A DNA stretch of 63,670 nt, counting the filler, from Octopus bimaculoides (lineage: Eukaryota), in assembly GCF_001194135.2 (NCBI RefSeq). It is 5 parts of 4 records of this genome, joined end to end, with 100 filler letters (N's around TTAATTAATTAA, not from the genome) between each part and the next. Parts side by side here need not be neighbours in the genome. Positions count along the whole stretch, not along the records: positions 40,793 to 59,734 come from NC_068998.1; positions 59,835 to 63,670 come from NW_026296518.1; 3 more parts are not named here. One strand, 5' to 3'. Shown here piece after piece: positions 49,673-62,734 of the stretch; the first letter of the stretch is position 1, and every line of letters begins with the position of its first letter. The position numbers and the translations under genes were made by a program. The notes beneath the pieces were generated by a model. That model ran no database searches. It was not told the origin of the DNA and saw only the letters and a program-made list of their open reading frames with translations.

Positions 49673-50214
49673 CACATATTATACACAATTGCCTTCCTCA
49701 CAATGAAACTGAGCCTAAAACCACATGATTGTGAAGTGCAGTTCTTAACCACACAACCATGATAGTGGGTGCACTGGACAAGAAGACAAGACAAGCAGAT
49801 AAATGTAAATATCAGGACTGGGTGAAAACCAGTACGTTCAAACAGAAACACCCTACTGAATTCATGTCTGACTGAGTTATCTCCCCTCACATCAATGTCC
49901 ACTTTGTATCTCGGGAGAACAATGAAATTAATACCAAAGTACTAAAACTTTAGGAGAGAGTGCTCCAGTGAGGCCGTATTCCACTGACGAAAATCAGTTA
50001 AAAACACGTGACAAAATGATGGATGGATGATCGTAAATGAAGCAAAACGTAAATGTGAAAATTAGTTACAGAATAATATATTAAAGCAAACGATGATTGT
50101 AATAGAGAGAGAGACAGGTGGACAGGAAATACTAAATATTAATTACTTGCATCGGAATCAATAAATAATGAGAAACGAAATACGAACGAAGCTTGAAAGT
50201 GGGAAATAAAGAAT

Positions 50215-50249
<35 letters not shown>

Positions 50250-50982
50250 GTATTTATGAATGAGAAACTCTGGTAAAATATGTAAATGAATAAATATAAA
50301 ACAAAACACTCCAAACAAAGTTAGTGTTACATATGTTGGATGTTATGAGGTTTCACTAGACATACATTTGCACAAATGCTCACATAATATACGCGTACAT
50401 ACACACATAGAGTGTCACATACATAGTCTCATTCTCTCCCTCACACACACACACACACAAGCACAATCTCTCACTCACCCACAGTCACAAACACAATGTC
50501 TGTCTCTCTAACACACACACACAGTCTCTCTCACTCTCTTTCATACACACACTTACAGCCCCAGTTTCAAATGCCAAGTGTAACACACACAGTTTCAAAC
50601 ACTTGCAAAATTAGCCCTGCACACACACGTTCTCTGTGTCACACACAGTTACACTTAATCATTCATGCATGAACATGATGGTGATGAACAAATGAACTGA
50701 TGAAACACCACCACCAATTCATGCCATCCATTTAAGCAACGATCACAACAACAACAACAACAACAACAACAAGATGATAATCAATGAAGGGAGACAGGAT
50801 AGCTTTGTCTTCTGTCATTGTATGTTTTATTAGTCAATTGAGCGTAAAGCAGACACACACACACACACACACACAGTGCAGATGTCCACAAATAGACAAA
50901 TGTGTAGAAAGGTGGACAGGAGAGATAAAATAAAAAATAAAAAATAAAAAATCATAAAGAATATGAAAGAATGAGACTGTAT

Positions 50983-51156
50983 GTAGGCGCAGGAGTGGCT
51001 GTGTGGCAAGTAGCTTGCTTACCAACCACATGGTTCCGAGTTCAGTCCCACTGCGTGGCACCTTGGGCAAGTGTCTTCTACTATAGCCTCGGGCCGACCA
51101 AAGCCTTATGAGTGGATTTGGTAGACGGAAACTGAAAGAACCCCGTCGTATATATG

Positions 51157-51193
<37 letters not shown>

Positions 51194-51400
51194 TTGTGTG
51201 TCTGTATTTGTCCCTCCCCACCACCATCGCTTGACAACTGATGCTGGTGTGTTTACATCCCCGTAACTTAGCGGTTCGGCAAAAAGAGACCGATAGAATA
51301 AGTACTAGGCTTACAAAGAATAAGTCCTGGGGTCGATTTGCTCGACTAAAGGCGGTGCTCCAGCATGGCCACAGTCAAATGACTGAAACAAGTAAAAGAG
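50983..51400 (+). mobile_element. OK/Ceph-like SINE (type A), full length (about 415 bp)
   Basis: Best reference copy: AGGCGCAGGAGTGGCTGTGTGG head to ...GACTGAAACAAGTAAAAGAG tail. Confidence 0.95.
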
Positions 51401-51458
51401 AATATAAACACAGAAGAAACATGGTAACCTGGTACTGCTTCTTTCATATTTTTGTATA

Positions 51459-51585
51459 CAGAGTGTCCACAAAGTCTGGGTACATGGGGATTAACACATA
51501 CTTTAAGAAATTATTATTTCTTATATTTTATTGTTTATGTTATGATTTTATTTATTCCATGAACCCAGACCTTGTGGACACCCTG
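51459..51585. mobile_element. Tc1/mariner-type MITE, 127 bp
   Basis: TA-CAGAGTGTCCACAAAGTCTGGGTACATGG ... CCATGAACCCAGACCTTGTGGACACCCTG-TA. Confidence 0.92.
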
Positions 51586-51617
51586 TATATTATCTATTTG
51601 TATAGAGGTGAAGATGA

Positions 51618-51790
51618 AGCTGTGTGGTAAGAAGTTAGCCTCACAACACCATAGTTCTGGGTTCAGTTCCACTATGTGGTACCTTGGACAAGTGTCTTCT
51701 ACTATAGGCTCGAACCAACCGAAGCCTTGTATGTAGATTTGGTAGACGGAAACTGTTAGAAGCTCAGCATGTGTGTATGTGTGTGAATCA
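51618..51790 (+). mobile_element. Type A SINE, 5' half (3' half at about 52250-52462)
   Basis: Head and central domain here, 3' segment downstream. A type B SINE lies between the two halves. Confidence 0.75.
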
Positions 51791-52004
51791 AAGTGTACAA
51801 TATTAGATAGCCATAGCATCTGATCTTACCAATTGGTTTCACACTGAGTATTAAATCAATTCTTAGATAACAGCACCGTTGCATTGTTATTCGATGATGA
51901 AAGCTAGCAGGTATGGAAAAAAAAAACCATGTTGCTATTTTTTTCTCATACCTGTCAACTCTGATGAGCACATCTGTGTGTGCATGTGTGTGTGTGTGTT
52001 ATTT

Positions 52005-52232
52005 CTTTACTACCCACAAGGGGCTACACACAGAGTGGACAAACAAGGACAGACAAACTGATTAAGTCGATTATATTGACCCCAGTGCATAACTGGTACT
52101 TATTTAATCAACCCCGAAAGGATGAAAGGTAAAGTCGACCTTGGAGGAATTTGAACTCAGAACGTAGCGGCAGACAAAATACCGCTAAGCATTTCGCCTG
52201 GCATGCTAATGTTTCTGCCAGCTCACCACCTG
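52005..52232 (-). mobile_element. Type B SINE, full length with tail
   Basis: Reverse complement of 28706-28932. Confidence 0.92.
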
Positions 52233-53199
52233 TGTGTGTGTGTGGGGGGGGGTGACCATCATGTGGCAACTGGTGTTAGTTTGTTTATGGCCCTGTAACT
52301 TTAGCAGTTTCCCCCCCACCACCACCACCAAAAAAAAACAATAGAATAATTACCAGGCTTCAAAAATAAAATAAAATAAAATGTACTGGAGTCAAATCAT
52401 TTGACCAAATTCTTCAAGGTGATACCCCAGCATGGCCACAGTCAAATGACTGGCCCATAAAAGAAACCACCATCATTATTAAAATTTTTTAAGTAGTAAA
52501 ATAATAGCTTAAATTATTTCATTAAATAATTATTAAAATAATTCATAAACTCCATTGTTAAAAGCTTCCTCCTCATTATCATTAATTATATAGCCAATGA
52601 CTTCTAGAAGTTGGCATGGATAGTTGAGAACTTCCTCTATCAGAATAGTCTGTTATTCTTTCGATTGTTGTTACAATTACATCATAGTTCTTCTTCTTCT
52701 TCTTCTTATTATTATTATTATTATTATTATCACCATCGTCAATATTTTCATTACCACCAGCACCACCACAATTATATACCAAAAGACAGTGGTTTCAGCC
52801 ATCAACATGAACACAGTAAAAATATTTCTTTGGATTTTTCTTACTGATTAATTCTTCAGATCATTGTTACAAACATCATGATAATCATCATCATCGTTAT
52901 AATCATTACTAATATCTATTGATTTAAGAAAGTTGGCATGAATGGTAGAGAACTTATTTCTTCTGATTATTCCGTTGTTATTCTAATTAATATTACAATT
53001 CATTGTTATCATTCAACTGCACTAGCAGATGGCCACAATGTTTCTCAACCCATGACAGCTTTCATAATCAATTTGTCACTCCATGGTCGAGCGAGTAGAC
53101 CATGGTCATCAATCAGATTTGCATACCTAGGTAGAATCTGGAAATGTAAAGAACCAGAAAAAATACCACCAGGTACTTTGTGTGATGTTCCAACAATTC

Positions 53200-53830
53200 C
53201 ACTAATTCACTGCCGAGAATTGGTGGCTTTTTTATCAACCCCCAAAAAGATGAAATACAAAGTTGACCTTGGCAGGATTTGAACTCAGAGCACATTAAGT
53301 CAGAAAAAACATTCTCTTTGATGTTCTACCAACTCAGCCAATTCAGGTCAACCTTTATCCCTTTATCCCTTCATCCAAAGTCTTCTTCAGCTTCCCTTTT
53401 CCATAGGTTCCATTAACTTGCTAATCGTTAGCAAGATGAACGAAATGCTTTGTGGTATTTCACCCGTTGCTATGTTCTGAGTTCAAACTCCGCCAAGGCC
53501 GACTTTGCCTTTCATCCTTTCGGGGTCGATAAAATAAGTACCTGTCAAGATGTGATCGACTATATCCCTTCCAATTATAGAAGAAAGGATTATTATTATT
53601 ATTATTATTATTATTAAGGCAGCAAGCTAGCAGAATCGCTAGCACACTGAGCCGAATGCTTAGCGATATTTCGCTCGTCTTTACGTTTTGAGTCCAAATT
53701 CTGCCGACGTTGACTTTTCCTTTCATTCTTCCGGGGTCGATAAAATAAAGGATCTAGTTGAGTTCTGAGATCGATATAATCAACTCGTCCCCCTCCCCCG
53801 AAATTGCAGGCCATGAGCCAACATTTAGAA
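53200..53830. mobile_element. Cluster of three type B SINEs (about 53200-53345 minus, 53420-53580 plus, 53616-53830 plus)
   Basis: Three central-domain matches. Confidence 0.85.
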
Positions 53831-55559
53831 TCTTTATTATTATTATTATTATCATCATCATCATCACTTATTGTTGAAGGCGACCACTATTATCATTAAG
53901 CCAGATTATGAATACATTCCAAATGAGAGGTGCTTACAATTTCATGCTTTAGTCTTCTATTGTGTTCAACTGCGTGTTTTTAAAAGGGACAGACGAAGAC
54001 TTGTACAGAAATAATTCATAAGGTCTTTGATTACCGTAGCTGAAACGGTGGGTGAGAATTTTACAGAGAAAGGAAGAAACAAAATTAAAAATAAATACAA
54101 GAGAGACAGAAAGAGAAAACAATAATCCATGGATACAGAGAGGAGGAGAGTTTTAAAGGGGGAAAACATATATAAAGAGGGGAAACGGAAAAGAAAGCAG
54201 TTTAGTCGACACGTGTCTGAATGTGTTTACTGTAAGACTAAGCAATAAATACTAACAATAACATCACCAGCAGCAAGCGAAGTTCACAGGCATTTAAATA
54301 AACAACTTTCGTAAAGTCGTCACCTGCTATTATATGTCGTATTTATGTTGCGAATAATATATGTCTAAGGTTGTAATTCCATTCACATCTCACATATTAT
54401 ACAGGGATATTAAATCGACCCAGTACTTGACTGGTAAGTTTATTTTCCCCAAATTGATAAAGGATCCACATTTTTTTTTTTTTTTCTCTAGGAAGATAAT
54501 CAACTGTGTTGAGCTGAATATTATACAATTTTCAAAACCAAAAAACGATGATGTGTGCGCACAGATATGTATGTGTGTGTGTGTGTACACACACACACAC
54601 ACACACACAGGTACTCTAAGTATTAGGGATAATATACCCCACCACAAGAAAAGACAAACTTCGTTCGCTCTCTTTGTTTCTTTTCGTTTTCATACCAGCC
54701 AGCCATTCAATGTGTATTGTCTGAGTTTAGTTTCCGCTTGACTACATACGTGCACACCTCATCTTCATTATATACGACGAGCCAATGAGGGAATCTCTAA
54801 GTGGACGCCCGATATGCTTGACACACATGTAGTAGCCAAATCTCCATCATTTCTCAGATTAAAAACGAGGTAGCCATCCATCACTTGAACGATTAAAATT
54901 ATAGGCCTGCATTGTCAGCAAGTCTATGATTTTAGGGGCTAACTAATAACACATATACGAGGGTGGAGTACTTTTACGAGTGGCTCGCTCGCTCCGTTAG
55001 AAATAACAAGCGATTCGCTTTTAGATAACACTATCTTTAAATAAATTTGAGTGATGTTTCTTTACCCGTTACGTTTTTATGTTCGTTAACTCCTCCGAGA
55101 CCGTTGGTGCAAGGACAACGAAATTGAAACCAGCAACTCTCCTAATCCCAGGGATATAAGTTATTTGAAGTAACTCAAAAGAAACGAAGACGATTCTGTT
55201 GTTTAATGTCCTAAATAAACACACACACAATATATATATATATATGTNNNNNNNNNNNNNNNNNNNNNNNNNNNNATATATATATATATATATATAAGCA
55301 AATAAGTAACAAGGATGTCCGGGTATCAATATGTTAAGGCTCGAAACGTCAAAGACTTTTCCATTTTTCCCGAGCGTCAAACTAAAACACCTGCTTGTTG
55401 TTCCTTCACCTGTCTGTCTTTAGTTCATTTGAACTACGTACATAGCTTTCACTTATACTTCTCGCTTTTTCTCCTTTTTTATAGTCAATTTTGCATACGA
55501 CTAAATCTTTTCTTTTTTATCGTAGAATTGCTGATGTATCTATTATTTGTGCAGGTAAC

Positions 55560-55810
55560 TCGCGGTCTTATTAGAAGATCGATGCCTAATAGTTCTGACC
55601 ATTACGTTGTCAATAATTGGAATAATTTCCAAAAACACTGGGACTTTGTTCAAAGACAAAGAATCAACTCGTTTTGGAGTCATGTGAAGAAACTGAATAT
55701 TGAGAAATCGCAACGAAAGCTCGCCGTCCTTAGATGCTCGTAGGTATAGATGTTGTTCCAAAGAAGTAGGCCCAACACCCATTGAAACCAGACAAGCTAT
55801 AATTCAATAG
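55560..55810 (+). pseudogene. Possible Merlin/IS1595-like transposase remnant
   Basis: DHYVVNNWNNFQKHWDFVQRQRINSFWSHVKK resembles the Merlin H.tVNHs.nF...htq.IEs.W...K segment; the catalytic E is not preserved. Confidence 0.4.
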
Positions 55811-56249
55811 CCCATTAATTTCCCGGGATCCTTTGCTGCAGCAGCGGCGTAACTACAGTGTATGCCGTCCGGGGTAGCCCTTGAGTTTACTATACAGGCT
55901 TATACCACACCCCCATAAAAAATATCACTCAGGGCAGACCACCAACTCGTACCTGTGAAAACTAAATTATGGTCTATTGAGCACAACCATGCTTTGTAAA
56001 TTATTTAAGGGATTATAAATGATGTAACATCTTTACATCAGCATGTGGAAAAGTAATTGGGAAAAGCTATCGGTGTGTTATAATATGAACTCAATGTCGA
56101 TAGATCAGCTACAACAGCATTTGTCCTGAGATAACATCTGCTATGAATTTGCCGTGTTAAAGAAAAATATAAGGGACGAAAATTGTTCGAGGTGCGGCCT
56201 CCATTATTCTGAGAAAACATGTCTTGCCATAAAGAAATATTCTTTTCTA

Positions 56250-56442
56250 CTCTAGACACAAGGCCTAAAATTGTTGGGAGAAGGGGGGGGCAATCAAAGA
56301 TCGACTCCAGTATGCAACTGGTACTTAAGCTATCGACCCCGAAAGGATGAAAGGCAAAGTTGAACTTTGAACGTGAAGACAGACGAAATACGGCTAAGCA
56401 TTTCGCCCGGCGTGCTAACGTTACTACCAACTCGGCGCCTTG
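56250..56442 (-). mobile_element. Type B SINE with an internal deletion
   Basis: CTGGTACTTAAGCTATCGACCCCGAAAGGATGAAAGGCAAAG...GCTAAGCATTTCGCCCGGCGTGCTAACG. Confidence 0.85.
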
Positions 56443-56939
56443 CCATAAATATTACCTTACTTGGAAACAGTTAAGGATTGGTGACGGGAAATGCATCCGT
56501 CACTAGAAAACCTGCTTCAACAAAGTTCGTCCGACTCAAGCAAGCATCGAAAAGTGATCAGCAAAATGATAAAAGTGCACTGCTTTGTTAGAGAGACGAC
56601 GAATGTAAAGAAGTTCATAACTTACGATGAATTCAAATCCCGATAGGGTGTCGGCTATTTTTTTTATTTCCCAGCGAGCAATAAAATAAATACTGATCAT
56701 ATACTAAAGTTGATAATGTATATTGCATTATCTTGGCTTCTCAGATCCTCGATGTCTTGACATATGGCGAGTCTTTCACATTTTAGATCTGGCAAAAACC
56801 CATCCTTCTCCAGACTTTACCACGGTCGATTTCTTCCAGAGAGAGAGAGAGAGAGATAACAATGAACTTTAGTATAAGACTAATATTTCATTAACCTCGA
56901 AAAAAGTAGTAAAGTTCTTTCCTGAATCATAATGGAGTC

Positions 56940-57160
56940 ATAAGAGCCGGTTTCCCGGTTTCCATGACGTATATATTTCCCACCTGGACGGGATGCCGGT
57001 TCGTCGCAGGGTTACTGATTTTTGCCAGCTGAGCGGGCTGAAGCGACGTGAAATGAAGTGTTTTGCTCAAGAAACAACGCGCGCCCGGTCCAGGAATCGA
57101 AACCACAATCTTACGATCATGAGTTCAACACACCTCTAACCACTAAACCACGCGCTCCAC
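56940..57160 (-). mobile_element. CORE-type SINE with a different, RTE-like tail (OR2-like)
   Basis: Minus strand: B box GGTTTCGATTCC, CORE TTGAGCAAAACACTT, tail AACCCTGCGACGAACCGGCATCCCGTCCAGG...GGAAACCGG. Confidence 0.7.
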
Positions 57161-57337
57161 TCACTCATCAATCTCGAAAGGATAAAAGGAAAAGTTGACC
57201 TCGGTGAGATTTGAACTCAAATCGTAGAGAATCAGAACGATTATCGCAAACAAATTTATCCGACACTAACAATTCTATCAAATGGCCGCTTTACGATGTA
57301 TACGACTATGCCAGCGCATTAAAAAAAAAACTCTTAA

Positions 57338-57707
57338 TTGTTCCAGTCATTAGTAAGCGACCATGCTGGGGCACCGCATTGAAGAATTTAAGCCGAACGA
57401 GTCGATCCCAGTACTTTTTTTTAAGCCTGATATTTATTTTGTCGGACTCTTTTGCCGAACCGCTACGTTACGGGGGACATAAACACACCGGTGGCTAATC
57501 GTTGATGGGGGTCAAACAGACACAAACACACACACGTATATATAGACACACGACGGGTTTCTTTCAGTTTCCGTCCACCAGATCCACTCACAAGGATTTG
57601 GTCGGCCCGAGGCTATAGTAGTAGAAGATATGTCACACAGTGGGACTGAACCTGGAACCATGTGGTTGGGAAGCAAAGTTCAAACCACACAGCTACACCT
57701 GCGCTAA
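57338..57707 (-). mobile_element. Type A SINE, near full length
   Basis: Tail, central domain and head are recognisable. Confidence 0.88.
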
Positions 57708-58487
57708 TTAATAATAATTTTTTTACATATATAATCATCTCCTTCCTTCCTTGCGACACATCAAGTTGACGAACGACCTCTAGTGACATCTTTGACAAGT
57801 AATATGTGTTTATCTTGGAATTTCCGGGGGAGAATAGAAAAGGTGGTTTCTTGTAACCTTGTTCCAGTTTCTTTCTTTTAAGTTTTTCATTATTTTCTTT
57901 ACACGACGCCATCTTATCTTTCTCTGAGAGTGGAGGGAAAGAAAGAGAGGGGGAGAGGAGGAGAGAGAGAGAGAGNNNNNNNNNNNNNNNNNNNNNNNNN
58001 NNNNNNNNNNNNNNNNNNNNNNNNNNNNNNNNNNNNNNNNNNNNNNNNNNNNNNNNNNNNNNNNNNNNNNNNNNNNNNNNNNNNNNNNNNNNNNNNNNNN
58101 NNNNNNNNNNNNNNNNNNNNNNNNNNNNNNNNNNNNNNNNNNNNNNNNNNNNNNNNNNNNNNNNNNNNNNNNNNNNNNNNNNNNNNNNNNNNNNNNNNNN
58201 NNNNNNNNNNNNNNNNNNNNNNNNNNNNNNNNNNNNNNNNNNNNNNNNNNNNNNNNNNNNNNNNNNNNNNNNNNNNNNNNNNNNNNNNNNNNNNNNNNNN
58301 NNNNNNNNNNNNNNNNNNNNNNNNNNNNNNNNNNNNNNNNNNNNNNNNNNNNNNNNNNNNNNNNNNNNNNNNNNNNNNNNNNNNNNNNNNNNNNNNNNNN
58401 NNNNNNNCCGAAAAGATGACAGGAAAGGCTGATCTCGGCAACATTTGAACAGAAGGTGAAGAGAACTAGAACAAATGTTGCAAAGCA

Positions 58488-58862
58488 CTAAGAAGCTTGC
58501 TTCCCATCTACATGGTGTAGGGTTCAGTCCCATTGCGTGGCACCTTGGGCAAGTGTTTTTTTTTTTTACCATAATCCTGAGTCGACTAAAGTCTTGTGTG
58601 CGGATTTGGTAGACAGAAAGGCCCGTCACACACGTGTGTGTATGTGTGTGAGAGAGAGAGAGAGAGATCATCGCTTAAAAACCTGTGTTGGTTTGTTAAC
58701 GTGCCTGTAGCTTAGTGATTCGACAAAAAAGACTGATAGAATAAATACCGGGCTTATTCAACCGAAAAACATTCTGAAGTCGATTCATTCGACTAAAAAT
58801 TCTTCAAGGCATTGCCCCAGCATGGCCTCAGTCTAATGACTGAAACAAGTAAAAGATAGAAA
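58488..58862 (+). mobile_element. Type A SINE, diverged
   Basis: Head to ...AATGACTGAAACAAGTAAAAGA. Confidence 0.85.
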
Positions 58863-58911
58863 ATAACAGATGTTCAAACATCTGCCTGTTGGCAGCCTAC
58901 ATTCATCTTAA

Positions 58912-59132
58912 CCCATCAAGTCCCACTGTCCTATAAATAGGACTCTAAATGAGAACATCAAATAAGCTATATCACATTGTCTCAGTGTCCTATTTATAGG
59001 ACACCAAGTATTTCCATTTCTACTTGAAGGAAAGGAGCTTTAATAATTATTATTTTCATTTTAACCTCTTTCAATCATCTGTAAAAATTTAAAAGTAATA
59101 TTCAAAAATTAAATACTCTGGGACTTAATGGG
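58912..59132. mobile_element. piggyBac-type MITE
   Basis: TTAA-CCCATCAAGTCCCA ... TGGGACTTAATGGG-TCAA (TTAA TSD with one change); CCC/GGG ends. Confidence 0.75.
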
Positions 59133-59514
59133 TCAAGATACATGAAGAAGCCAATATATATATATATAATTTGACAGAATGAGATGAAAAAAAACCAAGG
59201 CAGTAAATAGATTTCATAACATTTATCCAGGCGGATTTGAACACGAAATGTCAGACAGCGAATAAAAAGCAATTTTACATCATCCGTGTAGAGCTTAATA
59301 CATGTTGTTCATCTATTTATTTTTCCTCGTATTTTATATCCAATCCTATCTTTTGACATTTTATAAAGTCCAAATATATGTGTATATATATATATTTATA
59401 ATCCTCCTACGCCATCTTACTACCGCCAGCAGCGTTACTACACAGCGAGTAAAATTGAGAGAGAGAGGGGGGGCATAGATAGAGAGATAGACAAATACAT
59501 TTATTTACTTTTTT

Positions 59515-59734
59515 ATCTTTTAACTGTTAACAGGCATTAGACTGCGGCCATGCTGGGACACCTTCGTGAAGAATGTTTAGTGGAACGAATCTGCGACGGT
59601 AATTACTTTTTCAAAAGCCCGGTACTTATTCTATAGGTCTCCTTTGCCAAATCGCTCAGTCACGGGGACGTAAACACATCAACAGCGGTTTTCAAGTGGG
59701 GGACAAACACAGACACAGACACAAAAACACATAC
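59515..59734 (-). mobile_element. Type A SINE, 3' half, running into a linker gap
   Basis: GACTGCGGCCATGCTGGG...GGGGACGTAAACACA. Confidence 0.85.
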
Positions 59735-59834
59735 NNNNNNNNNNNNNNNNNNNNNNNNNNNNNNNNNNNNNNNNNNNNTTAATTAATTAANNNNNNNNNN
59801 NNNNNNNNNNNNNNNNNNNNNNNNNNNNNNNNNN

Positions 59835-59872
<38 letters not shown>

Positions 59873-60935
59873 TAAATAGACAAATAGATAGCTAGCTAGA
59901 TAGATAGATAAATAGATAGATATCACAGGGAGAAATATATCAATGAGAATAAACTATAATGCGCATGAATTAGGTGGGATTTGAATAGGAAGGCGCGGAA
60001 CAGTGACAGAGATAGAAAGTGAGAGAGAGAGCGGGGAATCAATACTATGCTATATACTACACTGCCAGACATCTATAGACAAACGCAACTTAAAGAGAAA
60101 TTGTGAACTCACACCCAAACACTAGCAAACACAAACATACCTATATTACCTAAATAATTAAGACTAAGTGTCATTCGACAAATATTAACGGAGCTCTTCT
60201 ATAGAAGTATCTTCCTCCTGATGTTGAAAGCAACGACAGAGAGAGATAAGTACACGGACTCTGAATATTTATCTTCTTTCTTCATATTTGATGTTTTATT
60301 AATTCTCTGCAAATGTTGACACTTCCATTATACATTCTACAGACGGAACACCCGGCTATTTCATTAATATATCTTCGTCTATGTCTTTCTTCCCGCTCTC
60401 TTTCATTTCCTCCCGTGCGTAATCTCTCTTGATTTCCGTATTTGTCTTTCTCTCCCCCCCCCCCATTATTCTACCGTTCGTTTCCGCTTGAATTTCTTCT
60501 AAATGTTTCATCATCGTTATCTACTCTCTGCAGTGTGTTCTGTGTCTATGAATGTGTGCTTGACTTTCTAACTGTTAGCATATTGCTAATTGTGGTATGT
60601 CTGAGCAATATAGTCCAATTGGTTATTAGAATATAATTGGCTGTGAACATATGTACGTGGGTATATGTGTGTATATGTGTATACATGTATAAGTATGTAT
60701 ATAAATAATAATGGAAACTAAACGCTCTTGATGTTATTTAAATCATGATATAAATGATTTAAATAAGAACTTGAACGTTTGTCTCCACTATTCTTATGTT
60801 CTTCAAAATACGTCTCACTCTGCACGGAATTTAGCCCCGCGCATGTGCGTTTACAAATCCTAGAACGCATATGTGACACTTGGCTACCTTTTAATTGCTC
60901 TTTTGCATCTTTCTTATATATCGAACATTTATATG

Positions 60936-61008
<73 letters not shown>

Positions 61009-61327
61009 NNNNNNNNNNNNNNNNNNNNNNNNNNNNNNNNNNNNNNNNNNNNNNNNNNNNNNNNNNNNNNNNNNNNNNNNNNNNNNNNNNNNNNNNNNNN
61101 NNNNNNNNNNNNNNNNNNNNNNNNNNNNNNNNNNNNNNNNNNNNNNNNNNNNNNNNNNNNNNNNNNNNNNNNNNNNNNNNNNNNNNNNNNNNNNNNNNNN
61201 NNNNNNNNNNNNNNNNNNNNNNNNNNNNNNNNNNNNNNNNNNNNNNNNNNNNNNNNNNNNNNNNNNNNNNNNNNNNNNNNNNNNNNATATATATATATAT
61301 ATATATATATAAATATATATATATGTG

Positions 61328-61655
61328 TGTGTGGCTTCTACTATAGCCTCGGGCTGACCAAAGCCTTGTGAGTGGATTTGGTAGACGGAAACTGAAAGAG
61401 GCCCGTCGTATATATGTATATATATATACATGTATGTGTGTATGTTTGTGTGTCTGTGTTTTCCCCCCAACATCGCTTGACAACCGATGCTGGTGTGTTT
61501 ACGTCCCTGCAACTTAGCGCATCGGGAAAAGTGACTGATAGAATAAGTACTAGGCTTACAGAGAATAAGTCCTGGGGACGATTTGCTCAAATAAAGGCGG
61601 TGCTCCAGCATGACCGCACTCAAATGACTGACAAAAGTAAACGAGTAAAGAGTAT
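61328..61655 (+). mobile_element. Type A SINE lacking the head
   Basis: CTTCTACTATAGCCTCGGGCTGACCAAAGCC...CCAGCATGACCGCACTCAAATGACTGA. Confidence 0.92.
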
Positions 61656-62683
61656 ATAGAAAGTGTATGTATATATATACATATACGCATATATAATATT
61701 TATGTATATATACATATATATCTTATATATATGTATATGCATACTTAATACGTACAGACAAACACACACATATATCTCGTGTGAAGGTGGATATCTTGGA
61801 GTTTATGGTATTCACCTCAAATTTTTATTGAAAAAAAGTCGTCAGAATTTTGGAAATAAATCTTTTTATTTCTTCATTATTAATAGCACTTTCGTTCGTT
61901 TCCTGAACTTGTCAAATAGAATTTTGTGAATGTACAAACATCTTGTTCATTTATATAAAATAGATGCTTTTGATGGGTTTTGTTTAGAAGAAGAGAACAT
62001 TGTTTTTGTTTTTTAAGCCGAGGTTGAATGACAATGGAGGTAGGTAGATAGATAGATAGATAGATATATAGATAGATAGATAGATAGAAATCAGAAAAGC
62101 TATCGGAGACAATAACATGTTGACTGGTAAAATGTATAAAGTGACAATTTAATATGCACGTGTTCATCGTGCTATGTGCAAGAGAGATGTGGAGTTACTG
62201 GATTACAAAGATGTATAGATTATCAGAAGCTCGGTAAAATTACAATGGAATCTAAACGAGATGAAACGAGATAGAGGCAATCAGATAGTGCTGTGCACAG
62301 TGTCACCTTGAAAGAAAGAGAAATTACCGCAGATGTTGAGTTGCGGGAGTGATAGACAGATGAAAAGTAAATACTGCGATAAAATCAATCGACGAATTAC
62401 ATTGAATTAAAATCCTCGCCTGGCAATGGCACCTGAGATCAGAGCTGATTGTCGTTCGCCATGTGTCCATATGTGTGCCGAAATTAAAGGTAAATTCACC
62501 GAACTTAGATCACTTCGGAAGAAGTAAACAATCTCTGTACAAACATACATGAGCATACAATATTATATGTATATATATACATGTGTGTGTATGTGTGTGC
62601 ATGTGAGTGTGCGCGCGTGTGTCTTGCAGTATATGCGTGTCTGTACATATATCTTTGCACGCGCACTCTTTCACACGCATATA

Positions 62684-62734
<51 letters not shown>

